A DNA stretch of 63,778 nt, the filler included, from Octopus bimaculoides (Eukaryota), in assembly GCF_001194135.2 (NCBI RefSeq). It is 7 parts of 7 records of this genome, joined end to end, with 100 filler letters (N's around TTAATTAATTAA, not from the genome) between each part and the next. Parts side by side here need not be neighbours in the genome. Positions count along the whole stretch, not along the records: positions 1 to 10,714 come from NC_068988.1; positions 10,815 to 36,819 come from NC_068982.1; 5 more parts are not named here. The stretch is one strand, 5' to 3'. Under the pieces are notes generated by a model. It was not told the DNA's origin. It searched no databases and saw only the letters and a program-made list of their open reading frames with translations. Every line of letters starts with the position of its first letter. Positions within the stretch are counted from its first letter, which is position 1. Of this stretch, positions 1-11,160 are shown piece by piece. Made by a program: the position numbers and the translations under genes.

Positions 1-191
1 GAAGAAGAAGAAGGAGAAGAAGAAGAAGAAGAAGAAGAAGAAGAAGAAGAAGAAGAAGAAGAAGAAGAAGAAGAAGAAGAAGAAGAAGAGGAGGAAGAAG
101 AAGAAGAAGAAGAAGAAGAAGAAGAAGAAGAAGAAGAAGAAGAAGAAGAAGAAGAAGAAGAAGAAGAAGAAGAAGAAGAAGAAGAAGAAGA
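1..191. repeat. (GAA)n microsatellite
   Basis: Near-perfect GAA tandem array read directly. Confidence 0.98.
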
Positions 192-217
192 AAAGAGCGA
201 TATCAACACTAATATTA

Positions 218-590
218 ATGATAACAAGAGCACTCAGACAGTGGAAACCTCCACCCAGGCAACACCAATGTCTTCTCAACGATTGGCCGGAGACGCTTTT
301 TAAAATGAGAATATCTGAAATAAACTCGACTGCTCTAACAAGCAAGAATACTAAAAATGAAGCGACCGCTCTCAAAAATTAAGTAGGAAAACAGTAAAAA
401 CAATCCAGAATCCTTATCCCGGTACCGGATCGATCCTAAAATCTGCTCAGTTTCTGTCAATCACAAGGCCAAATATCATTGAAAGTTCATCTGAATCTAT
501 CCAGCGGTTCTTGAGATATCTTGTCCACAGATAAACAAACACGGCTGAAAACAATATCTCCACCTTCGCTGAGGCGGAGCTAAGAATAAT
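218..590 (+). mobile_element. Non-autonomous Helentron/HINE (DINE-1-like) element
   Basis: 5' subterminal ACCTCCACC (247-255); 3' hairpin CTCCACCTT-cgct-GAGGCGGAG (558-579); AT-rich flanks; no ORF. Confidence 0.55.
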
Positions 591-1245
591 AATAGTACTA
601 ATAACTATGACAATAGCAAGTTATAAACATATAACAGGCAGAATAGGAAAAAGTAGAAGACTAGAAGGAAAAAATAGCGGTAGAAAAATGATATCCTATA
701 ATTAAAAGAAAATAATAATGAAAAACAAAAATACCTGAGCATTTGAAGGTACGTGTACACTGAGATTATTCGAAATCCAACCTACACACACACAAGCATA
801 AATGTATGTTTATACATACGTACATACGTACGTACACACACACATACATACATACATGCGCATGCATATAAATGCATACCTACGTATATATATACATATA
901 TATATATATGAATGTTGTATATATAGGTTAATATACATGTTTATAGTACATATACATATAAGTATACATACATTTGTTTATGCATGTGTGTATATACGTA
1001 TGCAAGCATGATTGTGTAAGTATATATGCATGTATGATTTTATGTATATACGTATGATTGTAGAAGGGAAGTTGATACCTAAGATCAATTTGTATTTCTA
1101 ATTACTTTAGGTGCCATTTCACCTTATTTATGGTAATCTTTCACGACTCTGAATTTCAGACAAATCATATTTCGTCTGGGGGATAGTAGATGCTCTAAAA
1201 ACAAGTTATGATATGTAAAACTATGGCTTCAGTAGGTATGTTAGC

Positions 1246-1290
<45 letters not shown>

Positions 1291-1797
1291 AGTGTGTGTG
1301 TGTGTGTATGTGTGTGTGTGTGTGTGTGTAGATAAACATTCATTGTTTTTATCTCCCTGTCTTTCCCATGNNNNNNNNNNNNNNNNNNNNNNNNNNNNNN
1401 NNNNNNNNNNNNNNNNNNNNNNNNNNNNNNNNNNNNNNNNNNNNNNNNNNNNNNNNNNNNNNNNNNNNNNNNNNNNNNNNNNNNNNNNNNNNNNNNNNNN
1501 NNNNNNNNNNNNNNNNNNNNNNNNNNNNNNNNNNNNNNNNNNNNNNNNNNNNNNNNNNNNNNNNNNNNNNNNNNNNNNNNNNNNNNNNNNNNNNNNNTAT
1601 ATATATATATATATATATATATTAAATTCAAATTACGACAAACGTAAACAGACAAACGAAATTTGCTTTTAAAGGCGTTGAGATGTCTTAGAAAGTTAAA
1701 GAAGTAATTTTAAATTCTCAATCGCACGATAATGCTAATAATATAGCCTGAACAGGATAAACTACCCCTATTTGGCAGAAAAAAGTGTAGGTGGTTA

Positions 1798-1840
1798 GCT
1801 GTGGACACGAACTCACATCTCTGTGATTACGCGTCACGAT
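1798..1840 (-). pseudogene. 3' half of a tRNA-Thr(CGT)-like sequence
   Basis: Minus strand GTGA-CGCGTAA-TCAC anticodon arm, GAGAT variable loop, GAGTTCG B-box-like motif, T6 run downstream; 5' half replaced by a microsatellite. Confidence 0.4.
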
Positions 1841-2050
1841 GAACATATACATACATACTCCTTTTAAGTGACTTCAAAAAACCCTCGATCGAATAACACC
1901 GTTTGCAAGACTATGATGGGAATGACCAACTATAAACACCATTGGAACTCACACACGAGGTGCAGGAAACTCATATATATACACCATTCTGCTTAAATAA
2001 TGGAACTGCTAATATAATCTCCTTACGTATCTCGTTCTGATAATTTACTC

Positions 2051-2103
<53 letters not shown>

Positions 2104-2368
2104 GTATGCAAATATATGCATGCATGTGTACGTGTATGGTAATACATATAGATTTATCTGCATATAAATAACATATACGTATATAATATATATATGCTTT
2201 CGGTGTGAATGGTTTTCCATACGGCGCCGTTTTTACTTTCCTGTAAATAATAATAACGGTATTTTAATACAAGCTTAAAATTATGGCGATTGCCCTGCAA
2301 TGACTAAGGAAAAAAAATCTAATAAATGGGCATATAAGCCCTTGACAGAAAAAAAAAGAGGGCTTTCC

Positions 2369-2440
2369 TATACGCGTGGGAGTCGAACCTACATCCCTTT
2401 GTTTACGTGACTAAGTGTGATAGCTTTACACCAGCGAATC
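2369..2440 (-). pseudogene. tRNA-Thr(CGT)-like copy
   Basis: TGGTGTAAAG A-box-like, loop CACGTAA, T-arm GTAGG-TTCGACT-CCCAC, oligo-T terminator downstream; acceptor stem has two mismatches. Confidence 0.6.
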
Positions 2441-2575
2441 AACCACAGATTTCGTGTCAAATTTAATAATTATAATAGTTCGCGTTTGTTTTCTTGTTTT
2501 GTTTTTTTTACAAGTAAACAAACTTTCTATATGCTTTCAGTGCGAATGGTTTTTATTCGGCGCCATTTTTATAAT

Positions 2576-2622
2576 CTTAGTCGCGTTAACAAAGGGATGT
2601 GGATTCGACTCCTACGCGGATA
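2576..2622 (+). pseudogene. 5'-truncated tRNA-Thr(CGT)-like copy
   Basis: Loop CGCGTTA, GGATTCGACTCC B-box, 3' acceptor strand GCGGATA, downstream T-run. Confidence 0.55.
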
Positions 2623-2877
2623 GGAAAGCCTTCTTTTTTGTGCCGAGCGCTTATATGCCCCTTTATCAGAGTATTTTCGTTAGTCATTGCACGGTAATTG
2701 CCATAAGCTTTAAGCTTAAATAAAAATACCATTAATTTTTATATACAGGATTGTAATACCGGCGCCGTATAAAAAAAAAAAAATTCGCACCGAGAGATTA
2801 TAGAAAGTTTGTTTGAAGATAAAAGAAAACAAACATGAACTATTATAATTCTTAAATTTGACAGGAAAAGGGAAGCT

Positions 2878-2950
2878 GATTCGCTGGTGTAAAAGTAACA
2901 CACTTAGTCGCGTTAACAAAAGGGTGTGTGGTTGACTCCCACGCGGATCG
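2878..2950 (+). pseudogene. tRNA-Thr(CGT)-like full cloverleaf
   Basis: 7-bp acceptor stem GATTCGC/GCGGATC, D-stem GTGT/ACAC, anticodon arm TTAGT-CGCGTTA-ACAAA, degenerate T-loop, T8 at 2958-2965. Confidence 0.65.
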
Positions 2951-3181
2951 AAAAGCCTTTTTTTTCTGTCGAGAGCTTATATGCCGATTTATTAGACATT
3001 TTTGCTTAGTCATAGCACGATGATCGCCATAAGCTTTAAAACTTATATGAAAATACCATATAAAATATATATATATATGCATAAATATATATATGTATAA
3101 ATATATATGTATATATAAATATATGCTTACATATACATGTATGCGTATGTGTGCGTGTGGGTCTTTGTGTGTATGTATATA

Positions 3182-3213
<32 letters not shown>

Positions 3214-3795
3214 CATATTCAGTAAGAGTGGAAATTGATGGGGAAGCAGCAGAAAGTGTAACGTAAAATTGCCATAGCAGATTTTGTTTGCAAAGATTCA
3301 AAAGAGAGTCTTCATCAGTGTTGAATGGGACATGGAAACAAATGACAGCAGTGTTCTACATCATCTGTGTTTGAGTGACTCTCTTGGATTGTTGAGTAAC
3401 TCGAACCAACGTGAGCATATAAAGTCAAGAACTAATAGTACAGTGGAACCGGATCAAAGATGAAGAAGAGAGGGCAGGTGGAAATCAGACATGATGGTGA
3501 CGATGAGAAAGAAGCACGGAAAGTTAATGTTAGAGAGGATAAAACTGTTGAGGGATAACACATAGAAATATGTCGTGCGCTGATGAATGGATAATGGAAT
3601 AGTGCGTTGTGCTAAATGTAGCGACTGGGTGGGCTGCCATCCGAAGTAATATGCTTGGAATGTTATCATAAAAGCAACGCGATGACTTGATTTCACTAAT
3701 GTGACCACACAGTTTGGTGATAGGTGCACGTATGTTTATATATGCGTGTCTGTGTGACAATGTATACAACCACAAGAAATTCTAGAAGATGATAG

Positions 3796-3829
<34 letters not shown>

Positions 3830-4731
3830 CAATTTCTTAAGCCCTAATTTCATATCATATAAACGAATGTTTCTCGTTTCTGATTCTCTCATTCAAAGAT
3901 CGGAAACGCGAGACATCGGTTTAGGAAATATAACATGACAACTTTATTATTGCGCGCGCGTGGCGTATATTACTTGTGTGTGTTGGGGGTGGTGGGGGGG
4001 GGGGCGTCTGTGTGTAGGCGCGTTCGCGTGTGTGTGCGTGTGTGCAACTGTTTCTCGATATATATATATTTGGAATTTACAAATATATATGTTTATATAT
4101 ATATATATATATATCATACAGTACAATTCAGTAAATATTATGATGTGATATTGCTTACAAATGACAAGCAAAAATATCTCTTTGTTCCTAGATGTGCAGC
4201 TTTAACCATAAATATCTATTCTTAGTTATGTGCAATAGAGCATTGTGGCATTTGACATTGTGTAAAACCACGTGTCTAATCAAATCACAAATAGAAAGTC
4301 AACATTTATTACATGTTTGGTGGGCATATGTTCTTATATACAAGGTAACGAAGATTTATTATTATCTTGCAATAGTTCTTGCACCCTTATGTGGTGTATA
4401 AGACCAGACTTATAAATTCGGTCACAAGCTGAATACTGCGAATAATTATTGATATCTGTCTGCACTTTTTTCATTACTTCTCGTTTCAATTTTACATATT
4501 TTCTGTGATTCTCTTCATAACGCGCTTAGCATACATTCCCTCCTAGCTGGTGTATCAGTTCTAATTATGTTCTATCTATTCATACGAACTTTTGCCTTTT
4601 CAGATCGTATTTCAAACAGCTGTGTATCTTAATTTCAGCATGTAAAGGTGTCATTTCCTGAAAATTATTTCTTTCTGAGCAGTGGCTTTAGAATTTTTGC
4701 TTCTTGCATAAGAAATATATGGCTTGCTCAC

Positions 4732-4900
4732 CTCTGTCTGATATAATGCACGGGTGAGGGCCTATTCTTACGACATTTGTAAATTCCAAGCCACTAAGAA
4801 ATATACAAAATTTTGCAGAAAATACTCCAACTGTTTTAAACGTTTTGATTATAATACCCTTTCTTCTGAGCCATGCAACAAAACAAATAATGCTCAAGTT
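4732..4900 (-). other. Candidate exon (alternative acceptor at 4793)
   Basis: TTTTCAG| acceptor, open frame NLSIICFVAWLRRKG...GPHPCIISDR, GAG|GTGAGC donor; no recognisable homology. Confidence 0.2.
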
Positions 4901-4927
4901 CTGAAAATTGATATTTTAGAATGTATT

Positions 4928-4928
<1 letters not shown>

Positions 4929-4979
<51 letters not shown>
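4929..4979. repeat. (AAT)n microsatellite
   Basis: Direct reading. Confidence 0.97.
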
Positions 4980-4980
<1 letters not shown>

Positions 4981-4981
4981 G

Positions 4982-5090
4982 ATAAAAGCATCACAGTAAA
5001 CCACAGCACATACCCAAGGCACACAGAGCTGCACTCGGTAGTGAAGTGAAAGCACGTTATAAAAATAAAACTACTGAATCATAATAATAA
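4982..5090 (+). mobile_element. 3' UTR end of an R4/Dong-type non-LTR retrotransposon, heavily 5'-truncated
   Basis: ...GCACATACCCAAGGCACACAGAGCTGC...AAAACTACTGAAT plus (AAT)n tail, embedded in (AAT)n; family assignment from recalled octopus repeats. Confidence 0.6.
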
Positions 5091-5873
5091 AAAAATTATT
5101 TTATTGACCACAAAGGCTAATCTAAAGATACATAAAAGGATATGATAGGACGATATAAAGTGTTTTAAAACGTGTAAATAAAATAGTAAGGAAAAANNNN
5201 NNNNNNNNNNNNNNNNNNNNNNNNNNNNNNNNNNNNNNNNNNNNNNNNNNNNNNNNNNNNNNNNNNNNNNNNNNNNNNNNNNNNNNNNNNNNNNNNNNNN
5301 NNNNNNNNNNNNNNNNNNNNNNNNNNNNNNNNNNNNNNNNNNNNNNNNNNNNNNNNNNNNNNNNNNNNNNNNNNNNNNNNNNNNNNNNNNNNNNNNNNNN
5401 NNNNNNNNNNNNNNNNNNNNNNNNNNNNNNNNNNNNNNNNNNNNNNNNNNNNNNNNNNNNNNNNNNNNNNNNNNNNNNNNNNNNNNNNNNNNNNNNNNNN
5501 NNNNNNNNNNNNNNNNNNNNNNNNNNNNNNNNNNNNNNNNNNNNNNNNNNNNNNNNNNNNNNNNNNNNNNNNNNNNNNNNNNNNNNNNNNNNNNNNNNNN
5601 NNNNNNNNNNNNNNNNNNNNNNNNNNNNNNNNNNNNNNNNNNNNNNNNNNNNNNNNNNNNNNNNNNNNNNNNNNNNNNNNNNNNNNNNNNNNNNNNNNNN
5701 NNNNNNNNNNNNNNNNNNNNNNNNNNNNNNNNNNNNNNNNNNNNNNNNNNNNNNNNNNNNNNNNNNNNNNNNNNNNNNNNNNNNNNNNNNNNNNNNNNNN
5801 NNNNNNNNNNNNNNNNNNNNNNNNNNNNNNNNNNNNNNNNNNNNNNNNNNNNNNNNNNNNNNNNNNNNNNNNN

Positions 5874-6083
5874 GAGGAGGAGGTGGTGGAGGAGGAGGTG
5901 GTGGAGGCGGAGGTGGAGGAGGAGGAGGTGGAGGAGAAGCAGAAGAGGGGAGAAGGATGGAGAGTAAGAGCAGAGGTAATTAGAAGAACAAATGAAGAAG
6001 GAAAATTAGGAGTAGGAGAAGGAATTAAGAGGAGGGGATTAAGGAGAGGGGAGTAAGAGGAGAGAGAAGAAGAAGAAGAAGAC
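5874..6083. repeat. GGA/GAA purine-rich low-complexity tract
   Basis: Direct reading. Confidence 0.9.
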
Positions 6084-6655
6084 ATCCTTTAGATCTGAAT
6101 TCTATCTTCAGTTTTGCCATTGATTTCATTGCATAAGATGCTGCCAAAATATGTGAAGTAAGATATATTTTTCAAAGATTTACTATATAAGGCTTTCCAT
6201 GCGAAGCTGATAAAGAATAAGTTTATCAAGATTTACATGAAGCCTATCATGTTACTCGTAGATGATATTTTATTCATGAGAGTGTTTGAGTGTCTTTTTT
6301 CATTGTGCAGAACGATACTTTCTGTTATCAACATATAAATGATCTCTTATCAGAGATACAAAGTGTGTGATATAGAATTGAGCTGCTTGAAGCTGAAGAA
6401 CTTACCAGTTTTGCGATAACATATATATAAATGCCCTCAGAACCGTATTTGAATGTGACTGAAAATTCTGCTATGAGATATATCTTGCAGGAACAGTTAT
6501 ATTACTCTATTTCGTTTTTGTATGTGGTTTGCAAGATTCTTTATGTGAATTCGTGTGTTGAAGTATATTTTATTGTGCCTGGGGAGAGTCGTTCTCTTTT
6601 AGTGTCTTATTAATTTAACACACACACTGGCCTGTTTTCCATTCATTTCGTACGC

Positions 6656-6687
<32 letters not shown>

Positions 6688-6839
6688 GTGTATGTATGTG
6701 CGCATGTATGTGTGTATGCATATATATATGTATGCATGTGTGCACGTTTGTATATATGTATTCCGCATATAGATGTGCTTGTGTGTTTATGCTTATGTGT
6801 CTTTGTGTGTTTGCGTTTGTGTTTATGTTTACATGTTTG

Positions 6840-6908
<69 letters not shown>

Positions 6909-7564
6909 GTATTTGTGTTTGTACCTCTATCTCCTTGTGTGTGCATGTTTGAGTGTATCTGTGTATGGGCTTGTGTGACTATATACGTGCTATTATATTA
7001 CTCTATTTCCCCTACCCAACTGCTTGAAGATGGATTTGTTCATCCGTCATCTATTACAATGTATACTTTTGTATGCCCATGAACTTGATCATATTTGTGA
7101 ATTTGTCAGGACATTTAACTTTTAAATAACAGGCCACTTCGCTTCACTGAGGCAATGATAAAACGTTTCTGCTTACTACATTAGTGCCTTTAAGTTTTAA
7201 GTAACTAGCGGAAAATATTATGTTACTGATTCTCTCTCCAGCACAAAAGCACATTGAAACTGAGATAGGGTGTGATATGTTGTATAAAACTATCAAGAAC
7301 AATTCTACTAAATTTAGCAAATCACTAAAATATTCTATTCATTGTTGAATGAGTTTCTTTGATTCTTTAAAGTGAATCTTGTCATCCCTGGTCCTATTTC
7401 CTTAATGTCATTTTAATTTTTATACGTTCTGACGTTCGCAAAGCATGACCAGTCCACCAAATAATATTCATGTTTCTGCTTCCATTCTGTAACTTTGACA
7501 TCATACTATGTAGGAAGATAAATTATCATTAAATGAAGCTGTACTTCATTTTGCACTAACAGTT

Positions 7565-7740
7565 ATTTTGGGGATGGCTAATTTTTATCGATTACATGGA
7601 CCACAAACGCAATTATTTTATCGATAGCGAAAAGAAAAGATGTAATGTCGACCAGGGTGGAATTTCAGCTGGAAACGTGGAGACGGACGAAATGCCGCTA
7701 ATCATTTTGTCTAACGTGCTAACGGTTGTAGCAGTCGGCT
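7565..7740 (-). mobile_element. SINE family B, diverged
   Basis: Similar to TTTATCGACCCCGAAAGGATGAAAGGCAAAGTCGACC...GCTAAGCATTTCG seen in many copies in this window. Confidence 0.7.
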
Positions 7741-8624
7741 AAATATATATGTCATACATACGGGCATAACAACCCTGGAAAGGTTTAGAACCGAAATGGT
7801 TTTCAAATACATCTGAATTAAGCCGACATCTGAATTAGACTGACATGGCTAGACAAAGAATAATTGAGAAGAGGAGCAAGGAAACTTTACAGCAAGACAT
7901 TTCCAATTTTTTCTTTTAAGATGATGACATTTCAAATACATGAAGCAACGATTAACTATATATAGGCGTTCTCAGAGTTAGAATGTTACTATTTACGGGT
8001 GAAATTTGAACAGCCATTATAATGTAAGAAAAAGTCAGAGAATTTATCTACTAATTCTAATATGCGATAGTGGAATTATTAATACTTTTACTTACTCATC
8101 AATTATAAGTTATTTTAAGGTTAAATGATTGTAAGCTAAATGTAAGCTATTTATTGTAGTGAGTTCATTTCAGTGGATGCTAATTAAAGTGTCGGCATTC
8201 CAATCTGCACAATATATGTGCTGTTGTTGTTGTTATTATAACCACATAGTGAATGTCAATTTACCGAGTATAAAACTAGTTTTGATGATTTCTTTAAAAT
8301 TAATATTTTCTAAATAATAATTAAGTGTAATGCTTCAATGTCAGATACAGCTGGAAGACGCACACATGTAAGGAATAAGCGATAAAAGTATTAATTAATC
8401 ACAATCATGGTTCTCCGTAGTAGCCTCATCGCTTAGTAATAAACACGTAATAGTATAAATGGTTGGTTTAATATACGTTTCAGACAGCGGCATCCTGAAC
8501 AAATATATAAAAATTGAACAGAGAAACATCTTTGTTATAATACAACCACCTAATTGCTAAATCATGAGCAGTAAGGACACACGTATTCAATACTTAACAT
8601 ACACTATTGATTTTAACTTTTGAA

Positions 8625-8790
8625 ACAATGCCAACAAATTCGAGGGAGGGGATAAGGCGATGGCAATGAGACCAGCACTCAACTGGTACTTATTTTATCG
8701 ACCCTGAAAGGATGAAATGTAGAAATCGACTCAGAAGAAATTGAACTCAAAACATGAAGATGGACAAAATGTCAATAAAAGTTTTCCCCC
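8625..8790 (-). mobile_element. SINE family B, diverged
   Basis: ACTGGTACTTATTTTATCGACCCTGAAAGGATGAAA...GAACTCAAAAC. Confidence 0.8.
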
Positions 8791-8954
8791 GGCTTACGTA
8801 TGACTCTCTCAGCACAACGATTTGGCTTTACTTTTCAAAGTATCAAATAAGGTTATATGAAAAACTGTTTGTGAAAAACATTCCGTAAAATACTTGCGTC
8901 AAACAGACTTTAGTGGAAAATATAACAGAAGTTTAAAATTTTTGACAAAAGGAC

Positions 8955-9190
8955 AGCACTTTAGGAGGATGGGGGTAATTCGATTTCATCGAAGCCCCCC
9001 CCCCCTCAGCCCAGTACCCCGAAAAGATGAATGGCGAAACTCAGCCGTATGTAAAGGCAGACGAAATGCCTCCTTGAGTGGAAAGTATAAAATTCGTTTC
9101 TATTCTAGGCACAGGGCCCGATATTTTGGGAGACGGGGGTCAGTCGATTAGATCGACCCCAGTACGAAACTAGTACTTGATTTATCGACT
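8955..9190 (-). mobile_element. Two SINE family B fragments
   Basis: CCCCGAAAAGATGAA...GACGAAATGCC, then CTAGGCACAGGGCCCG...GATCGACCCCAGTACG. Confidence 0.8.
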
Positions 9191-9191
9191 A

Positions 9192-9226
<35 letters not shown>

Positions 9227-9963
9227 NNNNNNNNNNNNNNNNNNNNNNNNNNNNNNNNNNNNNNNNNNNNNNNNNNNNNNNNNNNNNNNNNNNNNNNNNN
9301 NNNNNNNNNNNNNNNNNNNNNNNNNNNNNNNNNNNNNNNNNNNNNNNNNNNNNNNNNNNNNNNNNNNNNNNNNNNNNNNNNNNNNNNNNNNNNNNNNNNN
9401 NNNNNNNNNNNNNNNNNNNNNNNNNNNNNNNNNNNNNNNNNNNNNNNNNNNNNNNNNNNNNNNNNNNNNNNNNNNNNNNNNNNNNNNNNNNNNNNNNNNN
9501 NNNNNNNNNNNNNNNNNNNNNNNNNNNNNNNNNNNNNNNNNNNNNNNNNNNNNNNNNNNNNNNNNNNNNNNNNNNNNNNNNNNNNNNNNNNNNNNNNNNN
9601 NNNNNNNNNNNNNNNNNNNNNNNNNNNNNNNNNNNNNNNNNNNNNNNNNNNNNNNNNNNNNNNNNNNNNNNNNNNNNNNNNNNNNNNNNNNNNNNNNNNN
9701 NNNNNNNNNNNNNNNNNNNNNNNNNNNNNNNNNNNNNNNNNNNNNNNNNNNNNNNNNNNNNNNNNNNNNNNNNNNNNNNNNNNNNNNNNNNNNNNNNNNN
9801 NNNNNNNNNNNNNNNNNNNNNNNNNNNNNNNNNNNNNNNNNNNNNNNNNNNNNNNNNNNNNNNNNNNNNNNNNNNNNNNNNNNNNNNNNNNNNNNNNNNN
9901 NNNNNNNNNNNNNNNNNNNNNNNNNNNNNNNNNNNNNNNNNNNNNNNNNNNNNNNNNNNNNNN

Positions 9964-10003
<40 letters not shown>

Positions 10004-10155
10004 CAAAGGGCTTCTTTCAGTCTTTGTCTAGCAAATCCACTCACACGGTTTTCGTCAGCTGGAGGCTATGATAGAAGACACTTGCCAAAGGTACCACACT
10101 GTGCGACTGAACTCTGAACCATGTTGTTGTGAAGGAAGCTTCTTACCACACACCC
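10004..10155 (-). mobile_element. SINE family A, 5' part
   Basis: Reverse complement of GTGTGGTAAGAAGCTT...GGCAAGTGTCTTCT...GGATTTG head. Confidence 0.85.
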
Positions 10156-10328
10156 AATCATGATTTTCTTTTACATATGCATACGTGTGACTATACATAT
10201 GAGCGTATATAATGTCTTATATACATACATATATATTTGCGTATATGATTTCTTATATACATACATATATATGTGTGTGCATATATTTAAAGAGCAGCAC
10301 TATGACCCTCTCTTACTCTCTCTATTTC

Positions 10329-10362
<34 letters not shown>

Positions 10363-10683
10363 AATTTATATATACGTAGATAGATAGACCGATATAGATA
10401 CATAGATAGACAGCGAGAGAAAGGGGGGAGAATCTATATATATATGTATGCATGTATGTTTCTAGGTTTCAATGCTCATATGTATGTTTGCTTACATATA
10501 TTCATACATACGAATGTACATACATTTACACACACATCGTACGCACGCACACACACACACACAAACATTCATACACAAGCATACACATACGCACACAAAT
10601 ACATATCTAAATATAAATATATATGTGGGTGCCTGTGTGTGTTTATGTGTATGTATTAATATATATCTACGTATATCTGTATG

Positions 10684-10714
<31 letters not shown>

Positions 10715-10814
10715 NNNNNNNNNNNNNNNNNNNNNNNNNNNNNNNNNNNNNNNNNNNNTTAATTAATTAANNNNNNNNNNNNNNNNNNNNNNNNNNNNNN
10801 NNNNNNNNNNNNNN
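10715..10814. other. Artificial scaffold spacer N44-TTAATTAATTAA-N44 (also 36820-36919, 40884-40983, 52367-52466, 59960-60059, 62444-62543)
   Basis: Identical 100-nt structure six times; the 12-mer has stops in all six frames. Confidence 0.97.
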
Positions 10815-11040
10815 AGAAGCGTTTCCTTAGAATCAGATACCAGCGGGCAAGGATCGAGAGGCCTGAACATTTGTCATCTGTGCTGTAGACCTTGTCGCTC
10901 AGCAGCCGGACTTCAAAGTCACTTGAGGGCTCACCAACGGAGTGATTGTACTGCGTGATATGTGTGGATTGTTGATGGGATGGCTATCGTCTGTCAAGAT
11001 GGAGCAGTCGTCATGTATGTATGTATGTATGTATGTATGT
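10815..11040 (+). mobile_element. 3' end of an RTE-clade LINE (ORF2 C-terminus, 3' UTR, (ATGT)n tail)
   Basis: Frame 10815-10958 reads ...NICHLCCRPCRSAAGLQSHLRAHQR...stop, the C-terminal CxxC...GLxSHxRxH motif typical of RTE ORF2; absent from the ORF track. Confidence 0.75.
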
Positions 11041-11044
11041 GTGT

Positions 11045-11160
11045 GTGTGTGTATGTCTTTGTGTCGGTGTTTTTCCCTCGCCACCGCTTACCAATCGTTG
11101 CTGGAGACCGTCAGAATAAGTCCTGGGGGTGATTTGACCGCAGTCAAATGACAAGTTAAA
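11045..11160 (+). mobile_element. SINE family A, deleted 3' part
   Basis: AGAATAAGTCCTGGGG...GCAGTCAAATGAC tail motifs. Confidence 0.7.

Larger units (their letters stand above)
2191..3060. repeat. Diverged ~336-bp tandem/inverted repeat array with tRNA-like core
   Basis: GGCGCC at 2223, 2559 and 2761. Unit 2223-2564 is the reverse complement of 2761-3060 and, for its left half, of 2575-2768. Confidence 0.9.

Noticed and set aside
3228-3460. Possible RTE RT remnants (VEIDGEAAESV; LHHLCLSDSLGLLS)
   Set aside because: Motifs are too degenerate and in the wrong order for an RT; cannot be supported.
6311-6613. ~100-codon plus frame with two stops after a TGCAG acceptor
   Set aside because: No recognisable homology or donor; compatible with chance.
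10759-10770. Repeated TTAATTAATTAA as a biological motif
   Set aside because: Always centred in an N44/N44 gap; a synthetic linker.
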